Source: Octopus sinensis (taxonomy: Eukaryota). Taken from it: a stretch of 64,000 bases of DNA. Below the pieces are notes generated by a model. That model was not told the DNA's origin. It did no database searches and worked only from the letters and a program-made list of their open reading frames with translations. Position numbers and translations under genes: made by a program. Location: assembly GCF_006345805.1 (NCBI RefSeq), contig NC_043026.1:14673579-14737578 (forward strand), written 5' to 3'. Of this stretch, positions 27,759 to 40,239 are shown in pieces (positions within the stretch are counted from its first letter, which is position 1; every line of letters starts with the position of its first letter).

Positions 27759-27872
27759 TCCACGGACGTACGTTTCGAAATCAAGTTTTAAGGAAAGCAT
27801 ACGAATTAAATATTAAATATTAAATAATAAATAATTCTATCTTACCGAAACTTCTTTTCTCTTCAGCGTAGA
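27759..27872 (-). ncRNA. Type I hammerhead ribozyme, copy 2
   Basis: Same core and stems as copy 1. Confidence 0.8.
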
Positions 27873-28360
27873 ATACTATAATCATAAATGATTATATATT
27901 GAATTTTGAGATACCAGAAGGCACCAACTCCACTCAGTATCAGAGCGAGCTAGAACCCGCAACTGGTATCACCGAATTCAATTGTGAATGAAACGATTGT
28001 GCCAACAGCCCCTTCCCACCCGCGTGTAGCCAAAACAAGATGCTATGGTCATCTACTGAGATAAAATATGGTTATCCGTAATAATGAAGGGTGAAATTAA
28101 TTAATTTGGAAAAATTATCAATTACACCAAGTAGTCTTCGGCATGTAAAAGCCTCATTCGAGGAAAATTTAAGTAATACTAAGCAATAAGGGTTTAGCAA
28201 CGAGTTGCCTTACCACATACCGAATTTAGAAATAGCAGTCAAAGGGTTATAGCTATTTCTTCTACTAAAAAGGGAGATCTCAGTAAAAACAGCATTTGGA
28301 AGGCACAAACAGGTGAGAGAGAATGAATTGACTGCAATCTATCATACATTTTTTTAGTTA

Positions 28361-28474
28361 TCCACGGACGTACGTTTCGAAATCAAGTTTTAAGGAAAGC
28401 ATACGAATTAAATATTAAATATTAAATAATAAATAATTCTATCTTACCGAAACTTCTTTTCTCTTCAGCGTAGA
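28361..28474 (-). ncRNA. Type I hammerhead ribozyme, copy 3
   Basis: Same core and stems as copy 1. Confidence 0.8.
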
Positions 28475-28874
28475 ATACTATAATCATAAATGATTATATA
28501 TTGAATTTTGAGATACCAGAAGGCACCAACTCCACTCAGTATCAGAGCGAGCTAGAACCCGCAACTGGTATCACAGAATTCAATTTGTGAATGAAACGAT
28601 TGTGCCAACAGCCCCTTCCCACCCGCGTGTAGCCAAAACAAGATGCTATGGTCATCTACTGAGATAAAATATGGTTATCCGTAATAATGAAGGGTGAAAT
28701 TAATTAATTTGGAAAAATTATCAATTACACCAAGTAGTCTTCGGCATGTAAAAGCCTCATTCGAGGAAAATTTAAGTAATACTAAGCAATAAGGGTTATA
28801 GCTATAACCCTTTGACTGCTATTTCTAAATTCGGTATGTGGTAAGGCAACTCGTTGCTAAACCCTTATTGCTTA

Positions 28875-28906
<32 letters not shown>

Positions 28907-29077
28907 TTATATGTATTCACACCCTTGTCTATGTAGTTACCAGCTTTTTTCCGCTAGCTAATCTGCATCTCTCATACATGAGTGTGTATTCATCCAGTAC
29001 ATTTCAATAAGTAGACATACTTGAACGTTTACCGGCTGATGTCAATCGATTGTTTATCCTCTTTGTATTTTTATTTG

Positions 29078-29163
<86 letters not shown>

Positions 29164-29198
29164 TATATATATATATATATATATTATATAATATATAT

Positions 29199-29259
<61 letters not shown>

Positions 29260-29261
29260 TG

Positions 29262-29313
<52 letters not shown>

Positions 29314-29438
29314 GTGTGTGTGTATATCTTGACTGAAGATTGAAGGCTTCGAATGTCCCGTCCGTTTTTTGTATCGTCTTCTAAATGTTTTACGTTCTTG
29401 TCCCAGTTTGTATTTTTCTACATAAAATAATATATATA

Positions 29439-29507
<69 letters not shown>

Positions 29508-29508
29508 C

Positions 29509-29539
<31 letters not shown>

Positions 29540-29615
29540 CATACATATATATATGTGTATGTATATATATATATATATATGTATATATATGTGTGTATAT
29601 ATATACATATATATA

Positions 29616-29683
<68 letters not shown>

Positions 29684-29684
29684 A

Positions 29685-32225
29685 TATAGAGGATGCAGAA
29701 GTACACGTACCAAACTATGCCATACTGCGAACAGACAGAAGGGAAAGGAGCCATGGTGGAGTTGCTGTATACATTCGAGATGACCTCACACCCCAGGTCT
29801 TAATGACATACTCAAATTCGGTATGTGACACTTTAATTGTATACATAAGACAACATAATATAGTCATATGCAATAGATATTGCCCACTGGATGCTCCAAA
29901 TCACATAGACAAGTTTGAAGATTGCCTCACAAGAATTAAAGAAATCCTCATGAACTTCCATAAAGCAGATTGGAAATCGATCCAAAAAGAGATCCTCAGA
30001 GAGGACTGGCCGGAATGTCTCTCCACACCAGACGTTGACATGAAACTAGAATGTTTCATGTCTTCTGTGCAAGCCGTATGCCAGAAATATGTCCCAGAGC
30101 ACAAGGCCAAAACAAATAGGAGATTCCAAGATTCCAAGAGACAGGAAGATCCTCATAAGACGACGGACGAAGGTTGCAAATCAACTCAACCAACATCCCA
30201 AAAGTAGCGAAACGTCCCGCCTAAAAACAACACTGATGGAGATCGAAAAAAGGCTGCAACAATCCTATGTGAGGGAGAAAGCAGACAAAGAAGCCTGGGT
30301 TATAAAAAGCATTAAGTCAAACCCAAAGGCCTTCTTTCATTACGCGAAAGAAACTGCCTCAGTGCACTACAAGATAGAACCCCTCCTCCAAAAGGATGGC
30401 TCCCTCACAGACAGTCCAACTAAGATCAGTGAAACACTGAATGACCAGTTCAAAAGTGTCTTTACCACCCCGTTGGAACACAGACAAGTGAACGAACCAG
30501 TGGACTTCTTTGCTGCCTCACCTATAACCAGCGAGGCAGTTACAATAGAATATATTGACATAAGCGAAGAAGATGTCCTACTAGCCATAGATGAAGTGGA
30601 CACAAACTCAACTGCTGGTCCTGAAGGTTTCCCAGCAATCCTCCTCAAATCGAGTAAACATGCCCTGGGAAAACCCCTCAAGATTCTCTTCCAGAGCTTT
30701 CTTACAAATGGCAAACTGCCAATCAAGATGAAGGAGGGAATAATATGCCCAATACATAAAGGGGGAAGTAGAGCAGATGCCAAAAACTATAGGCCTATCT
30801 CTCTGACTTCACACATCAGCAAAGTCATGGAACGGATAGTCAGAAAGAAACTAATCGCATTTCTTGAGGAAAATAACTTGCTGAGTGCTACCGAGCATGG
30901 TTTTCGACCAGGTAGGAGCTGCCTGACCCAGCTCTTACAACATTATGACTGGGTGTTGAGGCAGTTACTCAACAAATCAAATGTGGACGTAATCTACCTT
31001 GATTTTGCAAAAGCTTTTGACAAGGTGGATCATGGTATGATATGCCACAAACTACGTGACCTCGGCATAGCTGGAAAACTTGGAGTGTGGTTACATGACT
31101 TCTTGAAAGATAGAAGTCAGGCAGTAGTGGTTAATGGAGCCACCTCTATGAACACACAAATAGTGAGCGGTGTTCCACAGGGCACTGTCTTGGGACCACT
31201 GCTTTTTATAGTGGCCCTCTCAGATATGCCCGAATAGCCACTCTGGCAAGCTATGCAGATGATACGAAAGTCTCGCAGAAAATACAGAACCTCAGCGATG
31301 TTGCACACCTGCAGCAGGAGTTGGACTCAATCTACAGATGGGCTGAGGATAATAATATGCAGTTTAATGCTGAAAAATTCCAGGCCCTGCGCTACAAGCA
31401 TCCAAAACTGAATATTAAACTTACAGGGTACACCGGTCCACAGGGAATTTCAATCCCAGGGCCTAAGTCTGTGAGGGACCTGGGTATCGACATGAGTGAT
31501 GATACCTCTTTCCAAGTGTACATTACCAGGATGGCGACAAAGTACAGACGACTGGTTGGATGGATCTTCAGAACATTCAGAGCCAGAGATAAGGAAACCA
31601 TGATGGTCCTCTGGCGGACATTCGTCCTCAGCCGCCTGGATTACTGCTCACAGCTATGGTCACCCACCAGTGTGAAATTAACAGCGGACCTCGAAGCAAT
31701 CCAGAGAAGATTCACAAAGAAGATCATCTCTTTGCAACAGCTTAGCTACTGGGAAAGGTTGAAACAGCTAAGATTCTACTCCCTGGAGAGAAGGCGGGAG
31801 AGGTATGCAGTAATATATGTCTGGAAGATCCTGGAAGGAATTGTGCCAAATTTTGACATTGTAAGCTACACCAATGCTAAAACGGGACGACACTGCATAG
31901 TGCCAAAATCCCAGCAATGCCATCACGCTTCAGGACCATCTACTGCAGCCGCCTGGGTTTCAAGGGCCCACAGCTTTTTAATATTCTCCCAAAGAGTTTG
32001 AGGAACTTGCACAAAGTAGATGTAGTGGTTTTTAAATCAAAGCTGAACATCTTCCTGTCAAGAGTCCCAGATGAACCTACCTCACGGCAAGAGGTGTAAA
32101 TGAGGGTAGCTATATCAAACTCCATTATTCACCACATATTAGAGGAGGCTCTTAGTAATAACAGTGAGCACAAAACGGCGGTGCATCAGCATGGCCACAG
32201 CTCTGAGCTGAAACGAGAAAAACGA
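29685..32225 (+). mobile_element. CR1/L2-clade LINE, 5'-truncated and disrupted ORF2 with 3' tail
   Basis: APE fragment ([15 protein letters not shown]), RT motifs NYRPISLTS, GFRPGRSCLTQL, YLDFAKAFDKV, GVPQGTVLGPLLF, YADDT after a frameshift near 31235. Confidence 0.95.
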
Positions 32226-32238
32226 AAAATATATAGTT

Positions 32239-32303
<65 letters not shown>

Positions 32304-32933
32304 TATATAGACACATATATATATTATTATATGTATATTTATATATACATACATATATAGTTATATACATATACATAGATACACATACATATATATTACA
32401 GAGTGCTGGTGGCACTTAAAAAGCACCTTCCAATCGTGGCCGATTGCCAGCCTCGTTTGGCACCTGTGCCGGTGGCATGTAAAAAGCACGCACTACACTC
32501 ACGGAGTGGTTGGCGTTAGGAAGGGCATCCAGCTGTAGAAACATTGCCAGATCAGACTGGACCTGGTGCAGCCTTCTGGCTTCCCAGATCCCAGTTGAAC
32601 CGTCCAACCCATGCCAGCATGGAAAGCGGACGCTAAACGATGATGATGATGATGAATAAGCCAAAAAACATTTTATCATTAATTAAAATCTTAGAGTAGC
32701 AAGAATATTCATAGAAAAGTTCTTAGTTACCTGTGGTCTAGCAAGAAAGAAAAAGTTAGTCAATAGACTATATATTATTCGAAGAAGAATACAGTGTTTT
32801 GTGTTTGAACGTACACTGTATTCTTCTCTAAATAATATATAGTCTATTGACTAATTTTTTCTTCCTCACTGGTAACTAAGAATTTTTGTATGAATATTCT
32901 TGCAACCCTAAGATTTTAATTAATGATAAAATG

Positions 32934-33020
<87 letters not shown>

Positions 33021-33690
33021 TAAATATATACATTCTGAGTTCAAATTCCGCTGAGGTTGACATTGCCGTTCATCCTTTTGGGGGTAGATAAATTAAGTAC
33101 CAGTTGTGTACTGAGCTCAATCTAATCGACTGGCCCCATTCCCCAAAATTTCGGACCTTGTTCCTAGAGTAGAAATCAATATATTTTAAATGGAATTAAT
33201 TTTCTTAGCCGTCTATTAGTTGTTGTATGCTTGATGTTTAACAAGATTTCAATTCCCGCAGCTAATGTTCACTGTAACCTCTATACACAATGATTATTTT
33301 AATTAAATAGAAAACGGAAAAAACTAAAGCGTAATTATGACTTGGGCATCATATAAATTAAAGGAGGAAATACTTGAGCGTTCATGCTCTCCCTCTCTCT
33401 CTCTCTCTCTCTCTCTTTTCTCCTTCTCTCTCTCACACTCCGTAAAGTTTGTGAAGGAGAGTCACATACAAATTGAGAATTATACTAGAGTAACGGGCTA
33501 CCCTCATTGTTGTACGTACATGCTAAATCACACTCGCAAAGCGTACACACATCGTTGCTAGAGTTTCATTGAAATAACATTAACTATAGGGAATTAACCA
33601 ACTCTGAAGAAAGAGAGCCATTCGAAAAGCACTACTTAATCTCATTAATTCAAATACAAAGACACACGGATTTAAAATTCAAGTACTTAC

Positions 33691-34622
33691 TTCAAACCAG
33701 TATAGAAAAATTTTTCAGTAATATATTCTCTACAATTGGAATTTTCGAATGCCAAATAAAATTTGTATTCCTTTTTTAACATCTTAAGACATTTTCTCTT
33801 CGTGCAAAATTTTGTACCACATCTACCGTAAATATCCACCTGGATATATTTTCCGAGTTCCTTAGCATAACCCATTCGATTGTTCCTTGGACGACAGTTC
33901 GATACGAACCAAGCAACCTTCTTTGTTTTTCCCGCTGCATAATTTTGAAATTGTACTTTTTGTCTTACTGACTTGTTAAAATATCGAAATTTTCCGTAAG
34001 GATATACAATCGTACTGTCCTGCCGATAGGTAATCGTCCAGTTGATTCTGTTTCCCAGGTATCTCACTGATTGTTCGTGAAGAGGACACTCTCGTGTCTC
34101 AAAAATCCATATTTGGTTCCTGTGGGTTGGTTTCCGTGATAGTTCCACTTTCTGATGAAAGAAAATAGCATCTACACTATTTTGCATTGCTTTGTTCTTT
34201 GTGACTAAACATTCATTAACTGGACATTTATATTCCAGGAAACTCGTTTGATTTTCCTTCAATGGTGGTAGATATCTGAAACTGTATATTAACAACGTTT
34301 TAAACTTTGGTCTAATTGGCTTTAACTTTACAATTCGATCAGAATCTGATTGATTTTGGTGCGTATTCCGTTTATAATTTTCCCATCTTTCCTCTCCTGG
34401 TAGGACATATTTCATTTGAGCTTCGATACGATCGTTTTCAGGCTGATTACCTGGAAACAATCGAGAGGTATTCCTTGTGTAGGAAACATACTGCTTAGTT
34501 GTTGGAGTCCAATTCCAAATGTTTTGTACGTTCTTGAGATTATATTTAAATTGAGAAATATAAAAAGAAATGCATTTACCATGAATATGACAAAGAGGAA
34601 AATATCTTGCGTAGGTGTCCAT
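33691..34622 (-). CDS. GT10 alpha-1,3-fucosyltransferase (FucTA-like), large coding exon; true N-terminus uncertain
   Basis: Motifs DRIEAQM, WIFETRECP, INWTITYRQDS, VAWFVSNC, VDIYGRCG, YKFYLAFENSNCREYITEKFF; donor AA|GTaagt at 33691/33690. Confidence 0.93.
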
Positions 34623-34885
34623 CCTTATTTGGTGTGATGAACAGTTTCAAGTCGATATTCATGTAGCAGTAAGTATTTCTTGAATGAGGCAGTGAACTAG
34701 TTAGGTAAAAGGACTGATCAGTAACAAAGATTTATAAAATCATAAAAAAAACAATTGTTGTCTTCTTATCAGGAAAAACGAGCCAATAGACAGTTGACAA
34801 CTTGGTAGATCAAATGACAAATAGCTAAAACACACCTTAATGCCTTCGATAAATTAATTCAGTAGCACAATGATACACGCCTCGT

Positions 34886-34917
<32 letters not shown>

Positions 34918-35849
34918 CACACCACACACATGCATGCCCGCACATACACACTCATACACACACACACATACGCGTATCCCCCACACACATATGTATTTAC
35001 ATATATACATATATGATATGTAAATATGCATATGAAGAGACACACGTGAACAAGTAGGTTAACAGTTGTTGATAACATCCATCTACTTGCAATATGTCTG
35101 AATATTTACTGTCAGGCTTATGGCGAGCATATGAGTGGAGTCGTATCCGTTACCCTTTCCAATGGAACTCTCACCTATGAACAAGTCAACCATGTTTGTA
35201 TAGCACTATCAACCCTAGCTAAATCAATATTTATATATATATTTATATATATATATATATAATATATATATATATATATAACATCCAGACGAAACAAGGA
35301 TGGGTCATTCGGAGTTTCTTTCCTCAGTTGAGTTCCAGATTATCTTTGCAATTTCGGCTGGTTACACTCCAGATTGCTCCAATCTGGCCAGCCCCAAGGA
35401 AAAGCAGAAAAGCAGTGAATGTATACGAAAACAAGGACAGAAAAAAAAACGGAGAAATGGTACACAAATAACAAGACATTAATTAGATGTGTCTTTCAAA
35501 TAAGGAGGAATTAAATTAAGCTGGCATGTGTGGAAGTAAAGCCTTACGGCAGGGATACAAGTTTTCACAGGCACAGGGAGGAATATAGATGTTGCACGGA
35601 TGGTAGTCGAACCAAGAAAGAAAGAGGAGTGAAGGTGAGCATGAAGAGAAGGCCAGGAAATGTGAGAGAGGGGGAATGAAAGAACGAAGAGTGGAATGAA
35701 CGAAGTAAGTTTGAAGGGGCTGAGAGAAAGAAGGAAAGAATAATAGAGTCATACAAAATTTAGATATATATATATATATATACATACCTACATACAAGAG
35801 ACCAAAAGTATACGTACACCGCTTTATTTAATTTTTTTATATAAAAAAA

Positions 35850-37420
35850 TACAAAACTGGGACAAGAACGCAAAACATCCAGAAAGGTGATACAAGAAGG
35901 GGACAACAAAACATCCAGACGACGAAACAAGGACGGGTCATTGGGAGTTTTCTTTCCTCAGTTGAGTTCCAGATTATCTTTGCAATTTCGGCTGGTTATA
36001 CTCCAAATTGTTCCAGATATTTGTATATGTGATGTAAATGTTGAGATGTTTGAAAAGAACCCATCCTCGCTGCTTTCTTGCTTTGTTTGTTTCCTTCTGG
36101 CTTTTGCTTCTCACATTTTCACCCTCTGTTTTCTTCTTTTTTTTTTCTCTTTGCCCTTTCTTGCCTTCAATTGTCATATTGTGAGGTGGTTTTAAGTGGG
36201 GGGGATATTTTTTATTCCTTTCGTGTTTTCTGTTGAGGCTTGGCCTACGTTTTATCATATGTGTCGTCTCCATAATATGTTTCAATATCGTATTTGTTAT
36301 ATGTATGCATAGAATCTTAACATCTATGTTATCTGTTGTGCCCCATGTTCTTAGTTAGCTTGTTGGTATAGCACTAATGAGCTTTTCTCCTCCTAGAGGT
36401 AGCACCAGTGACCCTTAATCTTCTTTCCTATGCTGTGAGCTCTCTCTTCATTATATCATTATCATGTTTCTGCACCATCCCTCTGTACATCGCTATAAAT
36501 TGTATTCCTAATTTTGCTGTTCACCTCTGGGTATAACCTACACTCTATACAGTTCCTGTCAGTACAGAGGGTTCTTTTGAGTGGGCTTGTTCTACAGATT
36601 AGGGATTTTATGGCAGTTCCTGGCCTTTCTTCTTGCCTCAGTCAGTAGATTCAATTTACCGAATGTTTTTCTAAAATAATACGCTAGTTCTCCTCCAGGG
36701 GTAGCATCAATGAACATGATGCTTTGGTATGTTTGGCCATCATACAATGAGCTGGCCTTCCCTATCTTCCTCTTTGTCCCTTCTATACTATTCCATGATT
36801 TATTCCTGTATAGCAGGCAGATCCCATTTGCATCATTCTCTATGATGGTCTTGAGTTTTGTCATGGCCCCTTTGTCCACCCTGATCCTTTCTCTTTGACT
36901 GTTCCTAGAGAACTGCAAGCAGGAGATGAAGTGCTGTATGCATCTTTTCAATTCCGTTGGGTCACACATTTAGGACTCCTTTCTCATCACCCTTATCAAG
37001 TCCGTTATCAGGATATTGAACTTAGTATCATGCGCATTTGCTGTATTCTGTGGCACAGGTATCTGGAGGCCATGGGCTTGGCATAGTATGAATGGAGAAT
37101 TTCTAGTTTCCATCCACAGTTGAGTGTCTAAAACGGGTAGTCTGTAGAGGGGGTGCTTTTTAGGGCAATGTAATGTTCGCTAATACCCTGGTAGACGGGA
37201 TTAGCTATTTGCTGGATGCTCTTCATGGTGCTAGCATCTAGTTCATAGATGTTATCGTGTGGAAGTGTTTTTGCTGCTTTCTAGAAATCATTAATATAGC
37301 AAGAGTACATGGTTAGGGTTATGGAGTTCTCTGCAGAACGTTCCTGGATTCTCTTATCCCACCATACCATAAAGAGGTTGGCCACATGGCCACCAATACT
37401 GGCTGCCTCCTCTTTCGGTG
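35850..37420 (-). mobile_element. Decayed Penelope-like element, same family as 18821-20024
   Basis: Manual translation gives VANLFMVWWD...YSCYIND, LPVLDTQLW..ILHSYYAKPM, ERIR..LYRNKSW..MFIDATPGGELA and a C-terminus METTHMIKRRPSLNRK; contains stops and frameshifts. Confidence 0.8.
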
Positions 37421-37815
37421 CATATATTTTTTTTTTATTGAACTTAAACATTTGACCCTTTAAAGTAACTTTGGTACTCGCAACTATCAGGTGACATTTA
37501 TTTCACCTGGTCATAGCTTTCAGGGGTCCTTATACCTCTGATCCACCCTTTCCACCTGTCCATAAGGGTATTCTTGGCCATGGAGGTGGTGGTAGGGTGT
37601 CTACGTGTTTTCGGTTGACTGGGGCAGAAACATGAAAAATCTTGCAAAAACAAACAACATAAACATTAAAAAAAGTTTGTACTTTACGAAGTGAACTGAC
37701 TGAATCTTGTTGAATAGAGAATACGTCAAGTGAGTTTTATTTCAAACAATTGTTTTCGGGTCAGTTCACAAAGATACCTGTATTTCTGTATATGTAAATG
37801 TGTAACCAAGCATAT

Positions 37816-37867
<52 letters not shown>

Positions 37868-38151
37868 ACATACACTCACTCATGTATGTTTTTACTTAGA
37901 CATAAACACAGGCGTTATTGTGACTTGACCCAAATCTGATCCTTTCAAATAAAACTTACCTCATGTTTTTTTTCTATTCAACAAGTATTAACCATTTCAT
38001 TCAATAATGCACAGCAACCGGCTTCTTTTTTTCCTTTTTCACATATATATTTTTTTTCTATTATTATTTTAACCTCTTGCACTTTCTATTTATGTGTGAG
38101 TATATATGTATGAGTGTATACAAACCCTGCATGTGCATGTGTGTGTGTGTG

Positions 38152-38220
<69 letters not shown>

Positions 38221-38228
38221 TATATATG

Positions 38229-38307
<79 letters not shown>

Positions 38308-38329
38308 GGTCCCGGGTTGATTCGGGGTT

Positions 38330-39041
38330 AACCACAGTAAATAAGGTACTCAATACATAGCAGAGTAAAATTAATTTATTATATAGAAGGAGCTTCTACA
38401 GGACTAGAACTGTTTCATTCAAGAGAAATCTTCAGGAAGCTAGTTAACAAGAATTGTATTGGCATTTATACATTTAGGCAGGTTTAAAGGGGTGTTGGTG
38501 GGGGACTTTTTGGGGGTAGGCATAGCGCAAAATATCATACTTGGGGGAGTGGTCAAGGAGTCAGTGTTAAATTAGATAGAAGAATAAATAAAAAAATAAA
38601 AAAATAAAAAAATAAAAAAATAAAAAAAATAAAAAATCTATATATAAAAAAAAGGGGAATAGAGTTTTAGGTAAATAAGGAGATTCTCACTTATACCTTT
38701 GCACACATGTATACATACATACACACACATACAAACATATATACATATACATACACACACATATATATACATATATATACACTTACACATACACATACAT
38801 ATACATATCTACACATACACATATATGTATACATACACACACTCACATGCATACACGTATACACACATGTATATATACACACACGACCACACATACATAT
38901 ACGCACAGAAAAATATATATACACATACACACACATACTCACATACACGCATACACACACATATCCACACACACACATGCACACACAGCACACTAGTTCC
39001 TATATACACATATATACACATACACACACATACATACATAT

Positions 39042-39081
<40 letters not shown>

Positions 39082-39934
39082 GTGTACCTATGCATACCTA
39101 CACATACACACATATATATACACATACAAATACAGACCCATTCCCTAATTTTAATTTTATTATCTTCGTTTATTACTTTTGTTATCTTTGGCCACTTGGT
39201 CACAAACATCTTGGCTATGACAGCCAGTCCATTTATCTGTCTACTGGAAAACAAGCACTCATTCACTCACGCACACTCTTTAGCACGTACACTCACTCAT
39301 TCGTACACTCATACACATACACGCACGCACGTGTGTTTGGAGGATTGTGTTCATTCTGTGGTCTTTTCTTAGCAGGGGTATGTTTTGGAGGATGGTGTCG
39401 AAGGCCTCATTGTTGAGAGGGTTGTGTGTGGAGATGTATGGAAAGGGTTTTGGTCGTAAATTTTTCTTTGATTTGGGATGTCTGAGTTCCTGGATGTTGA
39501 GTAGGAGGGCACGTTGAATGCATATGTCAATAAGTGAAGGTGGGTAGTTCCTGGTAATGAGGGTATTTTTTAGTTCTTGTAGTCGTGTGTCTCTGGTGTT
39601 TGCATTAGAAACTATAGTGCATATCCTTTTTGCTAGATTGAAGGGGATGTTCATTCTGGTGTGTCTGGGATGGCATGAATTGAAAGGAAGATATTGCTTA
39701 GAATCTGTAGGCTTATAGTATATATCTGTTTCTATTACATTATTAGATTTCTTAATAAGGATATCGAGGAAGGGGAGTTGTTGCTAGCCATATTCCATCG
39801 TGAATTGGATGTTCACGTCCAGTCCATTTAAATTGCTTGGAATTCTTTGAGTTTCTCTATATTTTCATGCCAAAGGATGAAACAGTCATCTAGGTATCTC
39901 TTCCAGTTGTTTTCTATGTAGAGGGAGAAAGGGC

Positions 39935-39968
<34 letters not shown>

Positions 39969-40230
39969 CAAAATAATAAATAAAACATATGCATATATAC
40001 ATACATATATGTACGTACCTACATCTATATGTATATATACATGCATATATAGGTACAGGACACCAAAAAAAAACGTCGAACACAATGAGAAACGATAACA
40101 TAGAAAACAGAACCGTGGAAAGGGACATTTTTTTAAACAACGAAAAAACAGGGTACAAGACATACGACACAAGGAAAATTCCCCTTCTTCAGCTGCCTCC
40201 GTTTCGTCTACTCCGCTTTTACCATATATA
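38330..40230 (-). mobile_element. Fragmented second Penelope-like element interrupted by microsatellites
   Basis: WKRYLDDCFILW RT motif (~39850-39920) and NIPFNLAKRICTIVS...RNYPPSLI thumb (39400-39654); terminal-repeat-like pieces at 38330-38700 and 39960-40230. Confidence 0.78.
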
Positions 40231-40239
40231 TATATATAT

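Larger units (their letters stand above)
26851..28805 (-). repeat. Head-to-tail non-coding tandem array, about 3.2 units of 601-616 bp
   Basis: Unit marker atggttatccgtaataatg recurs at 26851, 27452, 28068 and 28671; near-identical copies; no ORF in the track; (TA)n on both sides. Confidence 0.97.

Noticed and set aside
34451-34579. Possible small GT-AG intron that might rescue the fucosyltransferase N-terminus
   Set aside because: It is 129 bp, a multiple of 3, so it stays in the frame that stops shortly downstream and does not join the catalytic frame.
35295-35335. CTGAGGA...CGAAT-GACCC-ATC motif on the minus strand, with relatives at ~35930-35965 and ~29331-29362 in PLE terminal sequence
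   Set aside because: GAAT instead of GAAA, no consistent stem I or II pairing; it cannot be called a hammerhead by eye, though a family consensus might change that.
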